A DNA stretch of 64,000 nt from Epiperipatus broadwayi (lineage: Eukaryota; Animalia; Onychophora). Made by a program: the position numbers and the translations under genes. The stretch covers positions 10,850,001-10,914,000 of the forward strand of contig JAQFVV010000007.1 of NCBI GenBank assembly GCA_028023455.1. Reading direction: 5' to 3'. The notes under the pieces were generated by a model. That model was not told the origin of the DNA. It did no database searches and saw nothing but the letters and a program-made list of their open reading frames with translations. This document shows, one piece after another, positions 1-14,830 of this stretch. Numbering within the stretch: the first letter of the stretch is position 1; each line of letters starts with the position of its first letter.

Positions 1-2599
1 TATAAACTGTACAGATTTAATAATAAATTAGGTTACTTTTAACTATCCCTTTAACATGTTTTCAGAGTGCTAATTATGAATTCGTGTATGGTCATTTCAG
101 GGAACAAAACCATAGAATTTTGCATATTTTAAGTTATTAATTAATATTATATTTAGCATCGCAAATATGTCTTTGGGAAGCACATACATGCATTTACACC
201 TTGCTGTATGTTTCTTATATGAATGGGTTTCTGGTTTTAATGGCCACCCCATCTACTTAGTTCGGATAGCTCTTCTTTAGAACTGGAACATGAAGGTCCA
301 GATTGTTTTTATAAACTGCTCTGATCACCAAACTATATGTTCAATTTATTCGCAGCAAGTTGTATAGTCCATGGGAACTGAGTACTTGGTACTGAATCCC
401 CTGAGTAACTACACATTCAAGATGCACACATCTCTAGTAATATATATAACACCGTAGTATCTGCAGTCATACTACAAAGATCCAGTTCATCCCTCCATAA
501 TGTAATATTTCAGCATTGATGTGAATTGGTAATCTAATTTAGTACATATATAATCTGCATAGAGAGCTTATTAAGTGTTATTAAATGATTTTTATTCAAT
601 GTTATGGTGATAAACCATCATTCGTGCACCAACTTAACTGTCACAAACCTAATAGGTAGTGCATAGTAAAATTAAGGCATGATTAGAAACCATAGATTAT
701 TAAAATTATTATAAACTCTTAAATTATAGTGCATCAGATGAGACTTTGTTCTCCAAATTGCTCATCATTGTTACACCTGCATTTTTCCTTTCAATGCACT
801 TTTGTTTATTTAATTTATATTTATTAATTAAAATATATTAAATTATAATAACTGTGTAGTGTATCATTCATAATCCATCCTAAATCATAGTTAAGTTTCT
901 TAATATTAGTGTTACTTATTAATATATGCATTGCCTAGCCAGCCACAGATGTGTGTGTTTACTAAGTATTGATAATTTAGTTAATATTTCCTGAGTCTCT
1001 TGCTCCACCCTTTGCTACTGCTGGATGTGAACTAAGAAACTCCAAGTGTAGTCTCATATATGTCATTTATAGGGTAGTAAGTCATGGATTGTTAGTGAAG
1101 GAGTCGAGGTGTGATCTGATTCGAGGTCTCAATCCCTCATCTAGATCAGCCTTGGTATAATTTTCCAAAACTCTGGATTTTGTTGCATGAATGTACACAT
1201 ATGACCATTACAATATATATATGAATAATTCTCTCCAAAAATGTAAAAGAATGTATTCTAAGTATTCAAAATTATAGTTTTCAATTTTGACAAATCAAAA
1301 AAAAAACAAAAAACTGGCCTTCTATATTTATTTTTATTAACAATTCTCAGAATAAATGTTAATTGGTGTTCAAGAGCTACATTGGGAGTAGTCTACAGTA
1401 ATAGAATAATAAATTGTTTCTTGAACCCCAGAAATTAAATAATTTTGAATTCCACTTATCATTGAATTTATTAATTCATCCATGTAATTAATGTATGACA
1501 AATAATTTGCTCAGCCTTTGCCTGATTACTAAACCATTGCAAATGGCATTACAAATACTTGAATTCTGCAACATACTTATACAATTTTTGAAGTTTCCTC
1601 TTCCATTAGAATCAGCACATTCTCTGCAGCCATTAATTCCAAACTAGTCAAAAATTTACAGAGGCAATCATTAATATTTACAATGACTCATCAATCCTTT
1701 CCTCTGAATTAATTTGCTTTTTCAAATGCATATTATTGCATGCAATATTTAATAATTATTTTTGGAAATTCAACATATAATTGAAATAACACAAAGCAGA
1801 ACTTTAGGCTAAATTTTTTTAGATATTGAACTTTTGAATTTTTTTAAAGTTTGGAAAACAATCTGCCCATGTAACAATGGATCATTGAAAATAATAACAA
1901 TTGATTGTATTCTTTGACACAATTTACTTTGACACAGTAACACCTTTTAATGTAAGATCGGTTCTTATCCTTATAATTATAAGATTTATGATCTCTCCAA
2001 TGTTAGCTAATTTATTGATTAAATAATATTCAATCATATTATCAGATGAATTCATTGGTTAAAATGCAATATTTTTGAGAAAATCACAATAGATTTCTTT
2101 TTTATTACAGTTTTCTGATGTTTTGCAAAATTCATCTTTTTGTTTCGATTGCTTTTCACTAATCTGCAGCACAAGGTTTTAATTTTTTAAGATTGTTTTT
2201 TAATCACTTCCTTTTCAATTTTAGATCACTTTTCAGTTCTCTTATGTTTATTTTTTTTAGAGTTGTTTAATTTTTAATCAGAAATAATTTGTAGCACAAA
2301 TTGTTGATCTTCCAACTATACTTTGATTTTCTTTTCAGTTCACTGAATTAAAAAATTATCCAGTGATTTTCTTAGCTGCTTTGCATATTTTTTCATTTTT
2401 TAATCTTTTGCATTTCTCAGCTCCACCCTGAAATCATTTGCTTTTTGGATAAATAAAATAAAAAAAATACTATGTAAATTAAAAATATGAGGGTGAATCA
2501 AATATTATCCACACCTGATTGTAGAATTTATTTTAATCAACTTTTTTAAGAAGACAAATATAATTTTTTGAAATAATCTTCCTTCTTTACAATAAATGT

Positions 2600-2870
2600 T
2601 GATTCTTGAAAACAGCTGCAATTTATGAGTGCATTTCGTCTCTATCTTTTCATCAGTTGTGAATCTGCATCTTTGCAGGCTTTTTCAGGAGGTGAGATAG
2701 GTGATAACCCAATGGTACAAGATCAGAATTAAAGGTAGGATACTCCAACACTTTAAAACAAAGTTTTTGGGGAGTATTAACAATATGGCCAGTAGGAGTT
2801 TTAATATAACTAGAGTATGGATAATTTTGATCATTTGTGAAATTAATCATTTTGAGGTATTAAAGCACCC
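2600..2870 (-). mobile_element. Possible decayed PLE 3' end (GIY-YIG tail plus degenerate HHR)
   Basis: ORF 2653-2850 has TGH and PTFNSD..LL. It overlaps CTGATGA...GACGAAATGCACTC at 2627-2656, which has no stems. Confidence 0.4.
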
Positions 2871-3189
2871 TTCATCTTAGTACTGATCATTCATTATTCG
2901 ACTATCCCTGAACACAGTCTTATGTCTTATGAGAAGATGATGACAATGATTCCTTTATTGCTCATAGTTCAGTCTCAAATTCTTTTTAATGATGAAATAT
3001 GAAATCTTGTTAACAGATAGACAAATTATAGGAATATCATACCAAAAATGATATATTTATCTTGTTTGTACATTGATTAAATAAAGACCACAGCCAGAGT
3101 TGGGATATTCTTTGATTCATCTTCATAATAATAAAATACAATAAATTTCACCTTAAATTGATATTTTACTGATATGATCCATATAAAAC

Positions 3190-3520
3190 ATGAAAAACTC
3201 TCCATACAGTTCTGCTACTCAGTGCAAGCCAGAGTAATCAATGGATTCCAGAAAGCTTGTGCATAAAATCCCTATCTAGTACCTACTCATCCAATATCCC
3301 CAGACTAATTTCTAGCTTGTGGCTTTCATCAGTGAGGAGCTTTGGATCTGAGAGCACTGCACCTAGATCTTAGAATCTAATGCAATCTCCTTTTAGCATC
3401 CATTGATTTCTGTGGCTTGCAATGAGTGGCACTACCGTATGATGAGTTTTTCCTGTTTTAATAACAGTTATGAGCAAGCATAAGAAATGGTGATCGTATG
3501 ATGTTTGATGATTTAATGAT
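3190..3520. mobile_element. Family D inverted pair; HHR at 3298-3337 (-)
   Basis: Minus arm 3190-3395 with CCTCA-CTGATGA-AAGC-CACAA-GCTA-GAAA-TTAGT-C-TGGGG; plus arm 3398-3520. Confidence 0.82.
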
Positions 3521-3949
3521 TCATATAATTGACTAAAATACAATGGATTTTATGGTTTTGAATGGGTCTACTCTGTTGATTCTAGAATCAATATTCACAA
3601 TGAACTTTAACTTACTGCATATGACAAACAATAATATAGTCCATGAATAAACATTTGATAATGTAACATTTCCTTTTTAAAAAAAAAATGGCACTAAAAA
3701 TATCAAGCACATTTAATGCAAGCAGTTAAGAATTTTTTATTCATCCACACTGCTTGCATGAAAATATCAACTTTGCATATTTGACAGGATAGTAGATACA
3801 TAAATGCACAAAGAATTGTACTTATTATTTATTACTAAGAGATTATTCTCATGGTCAAAAATAAAATATTATTGACCAGCTATTATGTATGTAGTAATGT
3901 TTTTAATAAATGTATTGAAATAACCTACACATCCCCACACATTCTTTTC

Positions 3950-4080
3950 AAGTTATATGAATAAAGATATAATAAAGGACAAATGATCCCCAGGATGCAT
4001 TTCATACTGAACCAGCACTCATCAGTTTTTCCAGATTACCATCTGCCATCTTTTATATATATATATCACCACATATAAAA
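3950..4080 (-). mobile_element. Family A fragment with HHR core (3988-4030)
   Basis: Minus strand CTGATGA-GTGCTG-GTT-CAGTAT-GAAATGCATC-CTGGGG. Confidence 0.8.
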
Positions 4081-6061
4081 TATTTATCAATAAATTTTAC
4101 TTCCCCATTTATCATTGGATGAATGATAGATAATTCAGACGAAGATGTTAACTGCTCATAAATTATTATTATATTATATAATGAACGTGCCAATAGCTTT
4201 CTTATCAAGCTTTTCAAAGTATCCCTATCCTCAGACTGCAATTTTGTTCATGAAGTTTGCAAATTGCATTTTTTTTGGAACTGCTAATTTCCAGAAGTCC
4301 CTGATAATGAGACCACAAATATGCATTTTTTGCATATGCGCAATTGTCTGACACTGATGTCAAAATTCTCTGAAAATAGATAAACTAAATAATATGAAAT
4401 TGTAGACTTCCAGCAACTTTGCCAAGAATCATGTCCTCATGCATGTCATATCTATCTTAATTATCATGATTTTGAGTTTACTATTTATGAAAGCAACAAG
4501 AAATTAACATTGCTTTAATTTTCTGCATGAAAAATCAGAATATTTATAGTACATTTTTGCATATTTTGATTTTTATGTGGAAATCATAAATAGTTGTTAT
4601 ATAGTGATAATAATTTATATGTTTATTATTAAAAATTAATGTAATGTACATCGACATAAGCTAATTTAACTTTATGTTTTTAAACTTTTTTCTTTCTTTT
4701 TTGAAACATGTTATATCATTTCTTTGCAGTTGTTATATGTAGTTATGTCTACATTTAGAATAACTTTGCATTTTATTCCATTTCTCTTTAAGTGTCAAGG
4801 CATTTAAATGTTATAAATGGTTAGTGTCATATTCTGATTTGATTATTTTTAATTTGATAAGACTTGTCAGAAAAAAAAAGGTTTTAACGGCCAGATTGAC
4901 GGATTTAAGAGAGAAAAGATTTCACCACTTATGACCCAACTATAGATTGCTAAGTTTAAACCATAAAAATTTCCATTAATTTTAAACAACGTTATGTTTC
5001 TGTAAAAAGTTTATGTGAATTTGATTTTATGATTGGAAACATTAAGTTTAAATAATAATCACTGTTTAATGTAGAATAAGAAATTAAAATTATTCAGCAT
5101 TGCCTGGCAACATCTGAACTTGATGATTTTCTCACTAGAAACATAAACAGTTCACACCCAAAGGAACCACATTGTGGTGACAGGTTTATTGCTGCAAAGC
5201 AATTGATAGCTAATAATAATCAGGCATTTCTTTACATCTTATGAAAAGAAGAAAAATATTTTAATAACACTTGAACGAGATCTTAGAAATGATGTAATTT
5301 ATTTTCTCTTCTTTTGTGGAAGAATAACAGACGCTTTGTTTTTTATATATTTTTCTTCTTATTGAAATGGTTTCATGATTGAAATTTAAATTGTTTGTAT
5401 CTAGAAACATTTATTCACGCACACACATGTACATTATAAGCTGATTTTACATATGAATATTTTCTATCCGAAGCAAATTCGGCGCTGAGGTTAATAGAAT
5501 ATTAGAATGAATTTCGTTCCTTTTTGCGTGGTATGAGTATATCAGTTGTTTATATCCATTTTTTATAATGTATTTAATGTAATAACAAATATTGATGGAT
5601 TCATTTTAATGGAAAGAATGCCGTTGATAAAATTACAAATTCAAAACTACATGTAAAGAGGTGTGAAAATGAGAATCAAGTTATGGTGGTGAGTTGAAAT
5701 GTGTATTAAAAAAGACAATCCATAAGCAAGAACTATTGTATATAAAACTACATTAGTCTATATTTGTTTGAAAGTTTGTAATGGTATTATTTTACTTATA
5801 AGTATATGTATTGCTTTTTTATTATTATTTAATATTTTTAAAAAAAATAAAACTTTATTTAAACTTTCATTCGACTACTAAAATCACGTGATCAGATATT
5901 GGATGAATAGGTACTAGATAGGGATTTTTTGCACAAGCTTTGTGGCATCCATTGATTACTCTGGCTTGCACTTAGTGGCACTACTGTATGGAGAGTTTTA
6001 CCTGTTTTAATTCATTTGATTATTAATAATAGTACACAATTTAGTATATAACAATGTTTTA

Positions 6062-6560
6062 AGTAGTATTAGTCTCTCTTTTTCAGGTTTGCTGGCTTGA
6101 CCGGTGACAATACTAGCATGGGATTCAAACCTGAGATTTTAGATTTATGAAAAGTGAACTTAGAATTAAGCTCTAACAAACTAAGCTATTTTGTCAAGGC
6201 AGCAGTCGATAGAAATTTTATTTACTTACCTATGAAGGTCATCATAATTTTTTCTTCTTTTTCTTAAGGTTAAGGTCAATAAATGTTTTGTCAATGGAAA
6301 ACAACTTCAAAAGTCAAACTAGTGTGATAATTCACAATCTTTGTAAACTACTCATTAACTTTGTCTTTAAGAAAAAAAAAAGAAATTAGGAAGGTCATCA
6401 TATATCATATGTCAAATATCTACTGATTGTTGCCATTAACAGAATAGCTTAGGTAGTTGGAGCTTCACTCTAAATTCACTATTCACAAATAAGGTTTGAT
6501 ACCTATGCTATTGTTGTCACCACACAAGCCAGTAAAACCTGAAAGAGAGAGAATAATACC
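6062..6560. mobile_element. Head-to-head pair of a second tRNA-SINE family
   Basis: 6062-6210 (-) and 6422-6560 (+) are reverse-complement homologues with A-box TAGCTTAG and B-box GGTTTGAATCC. Confidence 0.7.
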
Positions 6561-6839
6561 TATCAAAACATTATATTATATGCAAACTTGTGAGCTATTT
6601 TTAATAGTTCAATGTATTTGAAATGTTTAAATAAAGTTTGAATTTTTCTAGACATCTAAAAATTAATTCTAGATTGTATATATATAGTCCAACACATATT
6701 TACAGTATTCGGTGAATGAAATTGTGTTGCAGGACATTCAGTTACTTGCAATGGACATTTCTGTTTAAACCACTGAACATCACATGATCAACATTTCCTA
6801 TGCTTACACAAGCTGTTTAAATAGTAGCAAATTTTCAAT

Positions 6840-7020
6840 ACAGTAATGCCACCCAGTGCAAGCCTTAGTAATCAAAGGATGCAAGAAGGTTTGTGTATAA
6901 AATTTCTACTAGTGCCTACTCATCCAATATCCTCAAACAAGTTTCTAGCTTGTAATTTTCATCAGTGAGGAGTCTTGAATCTGAGAGCACTGCATCTAGG
7001 TCTTCAGTTCTAATACAACC
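6840..7020 (-). mobile_element. Family D fragment; HHR at 6931-6970 (other fragments at 5895-6010 +, 7215-7260 +, ~46100-46200 -, 57822-57856 +)
   Basis: CCTCA-CTGATGA-...-GAAA-CTTGT-T-TGAGG with a perfect 5-bp stem I. Confidence 0.78.
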
Positions 7021-7738
7021 CTCTAGCACCCATCTTTTACCCTTTCAGTTAACTATAAAATAATCTTTCAATCCAAGCTCAATTGCTTTTATAGTCATAC
7101 AAATCTGAACCTAGTTCAGTATCTGTACATTTTGATATCGTTGATTTTTTAATAACCATAATTCAAAGGGCAGGGATGGTATTAAATGACTAAACATTAC
7201 ATGAACACCATATGGCTTACACTAGGTGGCACTACTGTACAGAGAGTTTACGACTGTTTAAATTTCTGTTTTAGACAATATTTTTATTTTGCAGATAGAA
7301 ATAAACAATAAAATTGTGGAAATATGCACAAATTACAGAAGGTTAGCCATACACATTGGAACTGTTATTACTAGATTATGTGATTTCAAGTTAGGCCACC
7401 AGTTTTAGTTGATTGTTATTTAGTTACGTCATAGGTGAAATTTTTATGTAGATTATTATATGGAGAAATTCTTATCATATAGAAAAATTTCTCAATATAT
7501 TTCAAATATGTGTGTGCATGTGTGTGTATAAACGATTGCATGTAAAATTAGATTCTAAATTTTTTTGATTAGAGTGATCCAAAAAAAAAATAATATTGTT
7601 TTTCAGATAATATGACTAATTATTAATAATCGATAACCAGTGGATGGCCATAAAAATGTCCTGCATAAGATATCGGATCATAAAAAGCTAGTTTCTATTT
7701 CTGACGCAAACAATCCTGCCCCTTCTCTTTTCAAACTT

Positions 7739-7764
7739 CTACACACACACACACACACACGCAC
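7739..7764. repeat. (CA)n microsatellite
   Basis: Read directly from the sequence. Confidence 0.95.
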
Positions 7765-9553
7765 AATACAAAGCATCATGCCTTTGTAAATAAGTGTTGT
7801 AAAATATGCAAATTTGTACTTTTATATTCTTACTGAGTTAAAAGAGAAAGATAGGAATAGCTGATCAAAAGACAATCAATAAAATGAATTCTGTCTAAAA
7901 GTTTGCTTTTTTCACATTTTTTATCTATGCAATTTGCTTATTGTTGCCTGAATGTTAAATGATCTTCCAATCAACTAACCATAGAATTATTGTTTTTTTA
8001 AAAAAAATTATTTACTGGATCAAACTAATAGAATCAATAATAGAATTTGAATTAAAGGACATAATTAAATCATATATCATTTAATTATTTGTTTTGTACT
8101 AAAATTTTAATATACAATTTTATTTTACGTAAATATATAATTAGTTTGAGGAAGATACAATATTGTAAATACTCTGCTTAATTGATTTTTTATTTTTTTT
8201 AAATTATACTTCATCGTTTTTATTATAAAATGATTTTTCTCATTAATCTCACACTTTGTTCTGGCTCCATCGCTTCGTTACATATATATACATTTTGAAT
8301 TGCTTTGAAATTTTAATAAAAGAATGTTCTGTTGATGTAATATTGATAAATTTCAATTCTTGACAGCTAATTTGTAAAGATTTTCACTTAGGTCTAAATT
8401 TGTTATCAGATGATAATGCCTGGGATCAATAATATTGAGAGTTATCAATTATCTCACCTTTAGTTAATGGTTGTTAATTATACTCTTGGGCTGGGTTTTG
8501 AAAATTGCTTATTTTAACACTTCATCAAGATTTTCAATTTCTTGAAGGCTTAATTCATATCACTTTTCTATCTTTTCTCTTAATATTGTTTAATACGTTA
8601 AAAGTGCTGGAAAACATTGAAAAGAATATTACACAGTCGTATAACTATAAATATATAGCGCTTTAATTGCATTTTTTATCATGGAATATTTATCTCTAAC
8701 TTATCTAAAGGCTCTATGTTATCATAATAAATAGAGAATTATTATCAACGAGTTAATGATTACTTCTAAAGTTAATTTTTGTAAAATATCTTTTATAACA
8801 TTTATATTTTATACAATAAAATATAAAATAATTATATTGTTAATTGCTTAAGAGGCCATACGGATTTCAAGCCATGAAATGATGCACTAAAAATAATAAT
8901 TTCATTTTTTTTTTGGCAAAACTGATTTTTTTTTAACTTTCTTTACTCAGGAGTTGACCCATGGATATCTAACTGTGAAATTGACAACTCCTGACTTCGC
9001 TAAAATGTATTAAACAATAGTGTAACAACTACTGTCTTTTTCTAGCATATCAGTAGATTCTGTTACACAGTAGATGCTTACATAATCCCTTAATTCTAAG
9101 ATTATAAGTTAAAGGCAAAGTAATATTATTTCATATATAGAGTAAACATTAAAAAGTAAAATACTCAAATGGCTTTATTACTCAGTACTTCATAATTATA
9201 AAAAGTTCAAACTCTAAATGTGCCAAAACCTGAATCCATCTGAGGATCTTAGATCCAGAGGTTGACACTCTACCAGTGCAGAAAACCATGCAGAGTCGAA
9301 TAAACAGAAAATATTAAATAGAACATTGATGCATTTTTGGTGCTAAGCACTGAAAGGCAACTGTTATATTAAAAACCAAAGAACAAAAAACACAAATACA
9401 AAACTATATACTTAAGGATGTGTATTCACTGTATACATTAAACTAATTAAACAATTATAGAAATGATAAAATTAATCCCAGAGAATATTCTTTCACTGTT
9501 TATATAATTACATGTCCAAGAAGCAAAAAATAACAACAAAATAGCTATTATAG

Positions 9554-9655
9554 TCAAGCATTGATGGTCAAGAGGTCAGCGACAGCTGCTTTACAAGCAG
9601 TTGTCCTGGGTTAGCGGGTTTGCTTCCTGGCTGATGCTATGACACATGAGGAAAA
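9554..9655 (+). mobile_element. Short tRNA-derived SINE with a 15-bp TSD
   Basis: A-box TGGTCAAGAGG, B-box GGTTTGCTTCC, A tail; AAATAGCTATTATAG at 9539-9553 and 9656-9670. Confidence 0.85.
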
Positions 9656-11030
9656 AAATAGCTATTATAGATTAATGAGAAAATTTGTTTAGCTTCAGGG
9701 ATTTCCAATTAGTAGTAATAGTAGTATCTTAGCAACATCAAAAATTAAAAAGTTATTTCTCTTATCATGGATATAATCTCATTTCTATTCTTTATTATAA
9801 CAATCCATGGAAATATGTAATTCAGTATATATATAAAGCTAAAACAGGTTCTATAATATTATAAGTATATTTTGAACATGGAATAATATTTTGTCATGTT
9901 TATAATCTTAATAAAATACATAAGGTTTGCACTGAGCATAAAGACAGGAAACAAAAGAGTTGTGGTTTATTAATAATACAGATTCAATGATGAATAGAAA
10001 AAGTATTAATGTTCAGTTGAGAATTTCATATTTCTACTTTTGTGTTTTTTAATATAATAATTACCTTTCACAAGGATTCTCAACACTGGAAATACATTAA
10101 AGTTCTATTTAATATTTTGAGTGGTTTTTCAAACTATAAAGTCGTATTAATATTATTTATATTTTATGACATTCCACAGATCAACTCTAAGGTTATAAAA
10201 ATTATTTATAAACTTGAAGTGAGATCTAGTCAAGCTTATTAGCCATACATTTCTTCAATCATTTTACTAGTCAACTGAATCAAATGATGTTACATTCTGT
10301 CTGGAATCACCCCATTTAGAGTCTTCCTAGCATTAAGCATCATAATTGGTAAAATCATGGTAATGATACTATGATTTTTATTTCTATTGTAAATTTTATT
10401 TGATTGCATTTTACATTTCTATCAGTCAGATAAAATTTACATTAGAAATAAATACTAAACATTCTTGAGACATATGAATAAAGACATTTACAAAAGATAC
10501 CCCCCCCCCCCAAGATGTTTTATGTTGAAACTGCACTCTTTATTTGGCCCAGGTCACAATCTATTACACATGTCTTCATTACTTGTTCAATATTTATCAG
10601 TATCAAATTATTACAAGTTGACTTACAAGAGTTGATTTTTGTGTGCTCTCGACTTTGTGATTATATTTAATTAAAAAGCATATGTTAATTTTTAACTCGA
10701 GTTTAAACATTATATCTGAGTTAGAGATAATCTCATGTTTAATAAAAATTAGTAATAGTATTTAATGTATATACCTGAAGTCATTGGTTTCCAAGTTGTG
10801 AGCCCAAAAAGTTTGACACTTGTGAATCAAATTGTAATTTTTTTTATATAAAAAATATTTTTGTTCATTTAAACATAAATCCACTAAAAAGTAAGAAATA
10901 TATTGTTTTTACATTTCTCACACATAAAAATATGAGGCACTCTATCTGGAGAATTATTTTAAATTATACTTTGCATAAATGTAAATTGGATGCTAATGAT
11001 TGTAACAATCCTGTAAATAAGTCATTTAAT

Positions 11031-11273
11031 TAAACTTGTAAATAATGCCAACTTTCTTGTACAAATTCCAATGGTCTATTTGTCAGATAAAAAATATTTA
11101 CAAGTTTATTCAAATGATTTGTTGAGAATCTGATTTATAAACTTGTAAATAATGCCAACTTTCTTGTACAAATTCCAATGGTCTATTTGTCAGATAAAAA
11201 ATATTTACAAGTTTATTCAAATGATTTGTTGAGAATCTGATTTATAAATCGTTGAGAATCTGATCTATAAATC
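11031..11273. repeat. Perfect 107-bp tandem duplication plus a 22-bp terminal duplication
   Basis: TAAACTTGTAAATAATGCC starts at 11031 and at 11138. Confidence 0.95.
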
Positions 11274-11369
11274 ATTGTAACAATGTTTTCATACTAAGTT
11301 ATTCTGGGAATAGATCTATAGAAATTCTATATAATTACATTTTAAATTACAAGTGTCAAATTAACTTAA

Positions 11370-11850
11370 CTTACATCTTTGACCCTATCCATTTTAGATA
11401 AATATGGTAATCATTTACTAAACTAGGGATTGTCTACATGTAGCCCAGTTATAAACTTTAAAAATCAATTAAAGATTAATGTATCTGCTTTTTTAAAAAT
11501 TAAACACACAAACATAAGAAATTATTCATATTTCTTTTTTCCCATGTGTAATATCTTTATATATATATATATATATATGTATTAAATAATCTCAATATTA
11601 ACACATGTTTTTTTAAATTCATATAAGCATTTATTTTATAACGTCTTGCGTGCGATTATAATTACAATAGAATGACAGCAATTAGCTTAACAGGCTGTCA
11701 TTCTATTGTAATTAAATTCATATAAATAAATATACAATAAAAGATAAATGACCCCCCCCAGGTGCATTTCATGACACACCAGCACTTATCAGTTGGTCCA
11801 CGTCACTATCTCTCATATATATCCCTATTATATGAAAAATATTTTTGTAC
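11370..11850 (-). mobile_element. Family A older copy with degenerate HHR (11756-11796)
   Basis: Collinear with 33180-33654; core reads CTGATAA...GAAATGCACC. Confidence 0.75.
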
Positions 11851-14429
11851 CGGTCGGTTTTGTCTGTTCATATAACAAGATCTAGCATCTAGGCAAAAGT
11901 ATCTCGAGTCTAATCATGTGCAAGATACATAATTCAGGAACACTCATATTAATAAATCTCATAAAGAAATCTGCCTAGTAGAATCATAAGATTACAGCTT
12001 ATGTACATTCATAGGTTTTATTTGGAACTAGAACAAAAAGGCAGTGCATGCATGGTAGCATACTTATGTGACCCAGTCATGGATCCTAGAAAGGTGCTTC
12101 CAAAAATTCATTGAAAAAGAAAAGACTGACGTATGTCTACAGACTCAGCTAATTAATGAAGAACAGTCTGCTATGAGTTGCAATAGGCTGGGATTTTCCC
12201 AGAGTGCTTCTATGCAGTTGGCTCAAGTGACAAAAGTAAGTCTCCAGGGGGTTTAAGAGCCTGGTTCTTGGAAATACGAGACAGGGTTCAGTTCTTGCGA
12301 TATGCCCGGGGAATGAAGCACAATATATATAATGAACGAGAAGGCCGGTATGCACACAACGCTTGAAACAACATATGTATAAACTATTTAAAAGACTTAA
12401 TTAATTAATACCTATATATTATGGAATACCCAGGGTAATGGTATGATTAGAATACTAAACAGTAAGAGAGAGCTTAAATTCATTAATAAAATGACAAAAT
12501 ATTGAAATAGAAATCCCCTTTCCTTGTTACATTAATTTATATATAAAACTTCCCACAAACGTTAAAATAGATATGAAAATTTGTTTCTAAGTGCTTTAAT
12601 AATATAGTATACATCATTATTTATATAAGAGTTAGGTGGTAGTTATTGATTTCATAAAATAAAATATTGATTTAATTTTACATAAAACAGATTTGAACTT
12701 TAAGAATTAGCGCTATTATTTTAAAGAAAAAAAAACATTTCTTAGAAAAACTGATTTCTAGTCTGTTTTTTGATAAATACACTATAATATAATTAAGTTT
12801 TTTCCTCCCAAATCTGCAAGCATCCGCTGTAATTGAAATAAACTCGTTCTAAGTAAAAAAAAAAACTAAAAGGATCTCCCCATGAAAAGAAGGGGTGGGG
12901 ATTTAAAAGAGAAAGTGAACATTCTTGCAAATTTAGAAAATTATTGGCATATTATTTAAAATACAAACTATAAAACATAATAATCAAAATATTAAATATT
13001 TGTTGCCACACGAAAGAAAAATAAGAAATTAGAAGTACTTACTAGAGGCTCAATGATAGGAGAAATATTAAGAGAGTTTTAGAGAGTGGAATACATTTTA
13101 ACAATAAGATAAGACTTTACAAATTATTTAGTTGATAATGAATTTCTGATCAGTTAAAAAAATTACATCACATTTAAAGGAAGGTTAGACAAGAAATACA
13201 GTTTTAAAATTGAGATTATACATGTAATTACCTTGTTCAGTATTGATAGCAATTCTTTGATGATTTGAAAATGTCCATGTAGACTAGATCTAGTTTTGTT
13301 CAGGTTAGTCAGGCAGGTAGCATTTTCTTTATTTAGTATATAGGCACATAGCAATAGTTCATGAGTATCTGGATCCTGGGCAGTGGTGTCAGGAAAGCAG
13401 CCATTCTGGAACAGTAAGAAAAGGTAAAGTTTTTACCTACTCATGATACATTGAGTCAAAGATACAACTAGCGTGGATTTTGTTGGCCATTGGTCTTCTC
13501 ATATTATTAGCTCTTTCAGGGTGTTCAAATCCAGCACTATTTATATGATTTTGTAATTGTTCTGGAATGCTTTTAGCTGGTTCACTTAAGGCAATTTATC
13601 TACATTATCAATCTGCAAGTTGCATACCTTTGTTCCTATAAGTTTTAAAGACAATGCAATCCTACTAAGAATTTCTCAAATGATTGTTTTAAAATATCTG
13701 AGATTTTAAAACAAATTTGAAGTGGATAAAATTTCCACTAATGGACTTTACATTATTTTTATAAAATTATAACATTTTAATTCGGACTAATGATTTCCAG
13801 TTAATTGACTTAATTGCATTTGAGAATATTCAGCAGAATTGCATCAACCTTATCTTTTCTGACTGCCATTACTAAAATAAATAATAAAATTTTACATAAT
13901 TTTAAAAATATAAATTAACATCAAATATTTTAATATTATAAACACTTTATGCATAATCTCCCCTTACCTAGGATATATATGTATCCATTATACACATACA
14001 TGTTACTCTCTTTCTCCACACTTTTTAAGAGTAGTGTCTCAGGCTATTTAATTTCCACATTACTTTATTCCCCCACCCTTTTTTAATTATAAGGTCATTT
14101 AATTTTTTGAAAACTGAGTGCTTCTAGTCGATGTCATTTATTACTTGCATGTGCCAGCAGTGTTTTTGGGTGTCTTAAAATTCAAAATGGCCACCGAGCA
14201 CGTACTATATCAACACCAAATTTTCATTTAAGATATTAATGGCAGTGATTATTTTAATAATTAAGCAAAAAAATGTATTAATAAAGATGTGTAAGAAAAG
14301 GAGTTTGAATATGGTTTGGTGGTGGAAGATTCTGAGTGGGCTGTGAAGCTCAATCTGAGTATCATATTGACTGCTTCAATATTAACAAATTACAATTTGA
14401 ATTGTAAGTGTCAATTTAACTCAACCCAT

Positions 14430-14830
14430 ATCCTTGATATCATCCACCCTAGATAAATAGAGTAATGACTATTATTAATCATTTACCAACTAGAGATTAT
14501 CTCTAGCACAGATATAAACTTTAAAACTCAATTAAAGATTAATATATCTGATTTTTTTAAATTAATCACACAATCACATGGAGTTATTCACATTTCTTTT
14601 TCCCATATGTAATATCTTTATAAATGTATTAAATAACCTCAAAATTATTACATATTCTTTTAAATTCATATAAATAAAAATACAATAAAAGACAAGTGAT
14701 CCCCAATTGATGAGTGCTGGTTCATCATGAAATGCATCTTGGGGTCATTTGTCTTTCATTGCATCTTCAGTTATCAGAATTTAAAAGAATCTGCGATAAT
14801 ATTGAGCTTATTTAATATATTTATAAAGAA
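14430..14830. mobile_element. Family A inverted pair joined at ribozyme stem I
   Basis: Minus arm ends at 14706. Plus arm starts CCCCAA-TTGATGA-GTGCTG-GTT-CATCAT-GAAATGCATC-TTGGGG (14701-14744). Confidence 0.82.

Noticed and set aside
12040-12370. GC-richer block with short ORFs on both strands and a GTAAGT
   Set aside because: No recognisable protein or element motif; left unannotated.
13220-13280. SSLHGHFQIIKELL, an ankyrin-like exon candidate
   Set aside because: Single short match with no neighbouring repeats or supporting exons.
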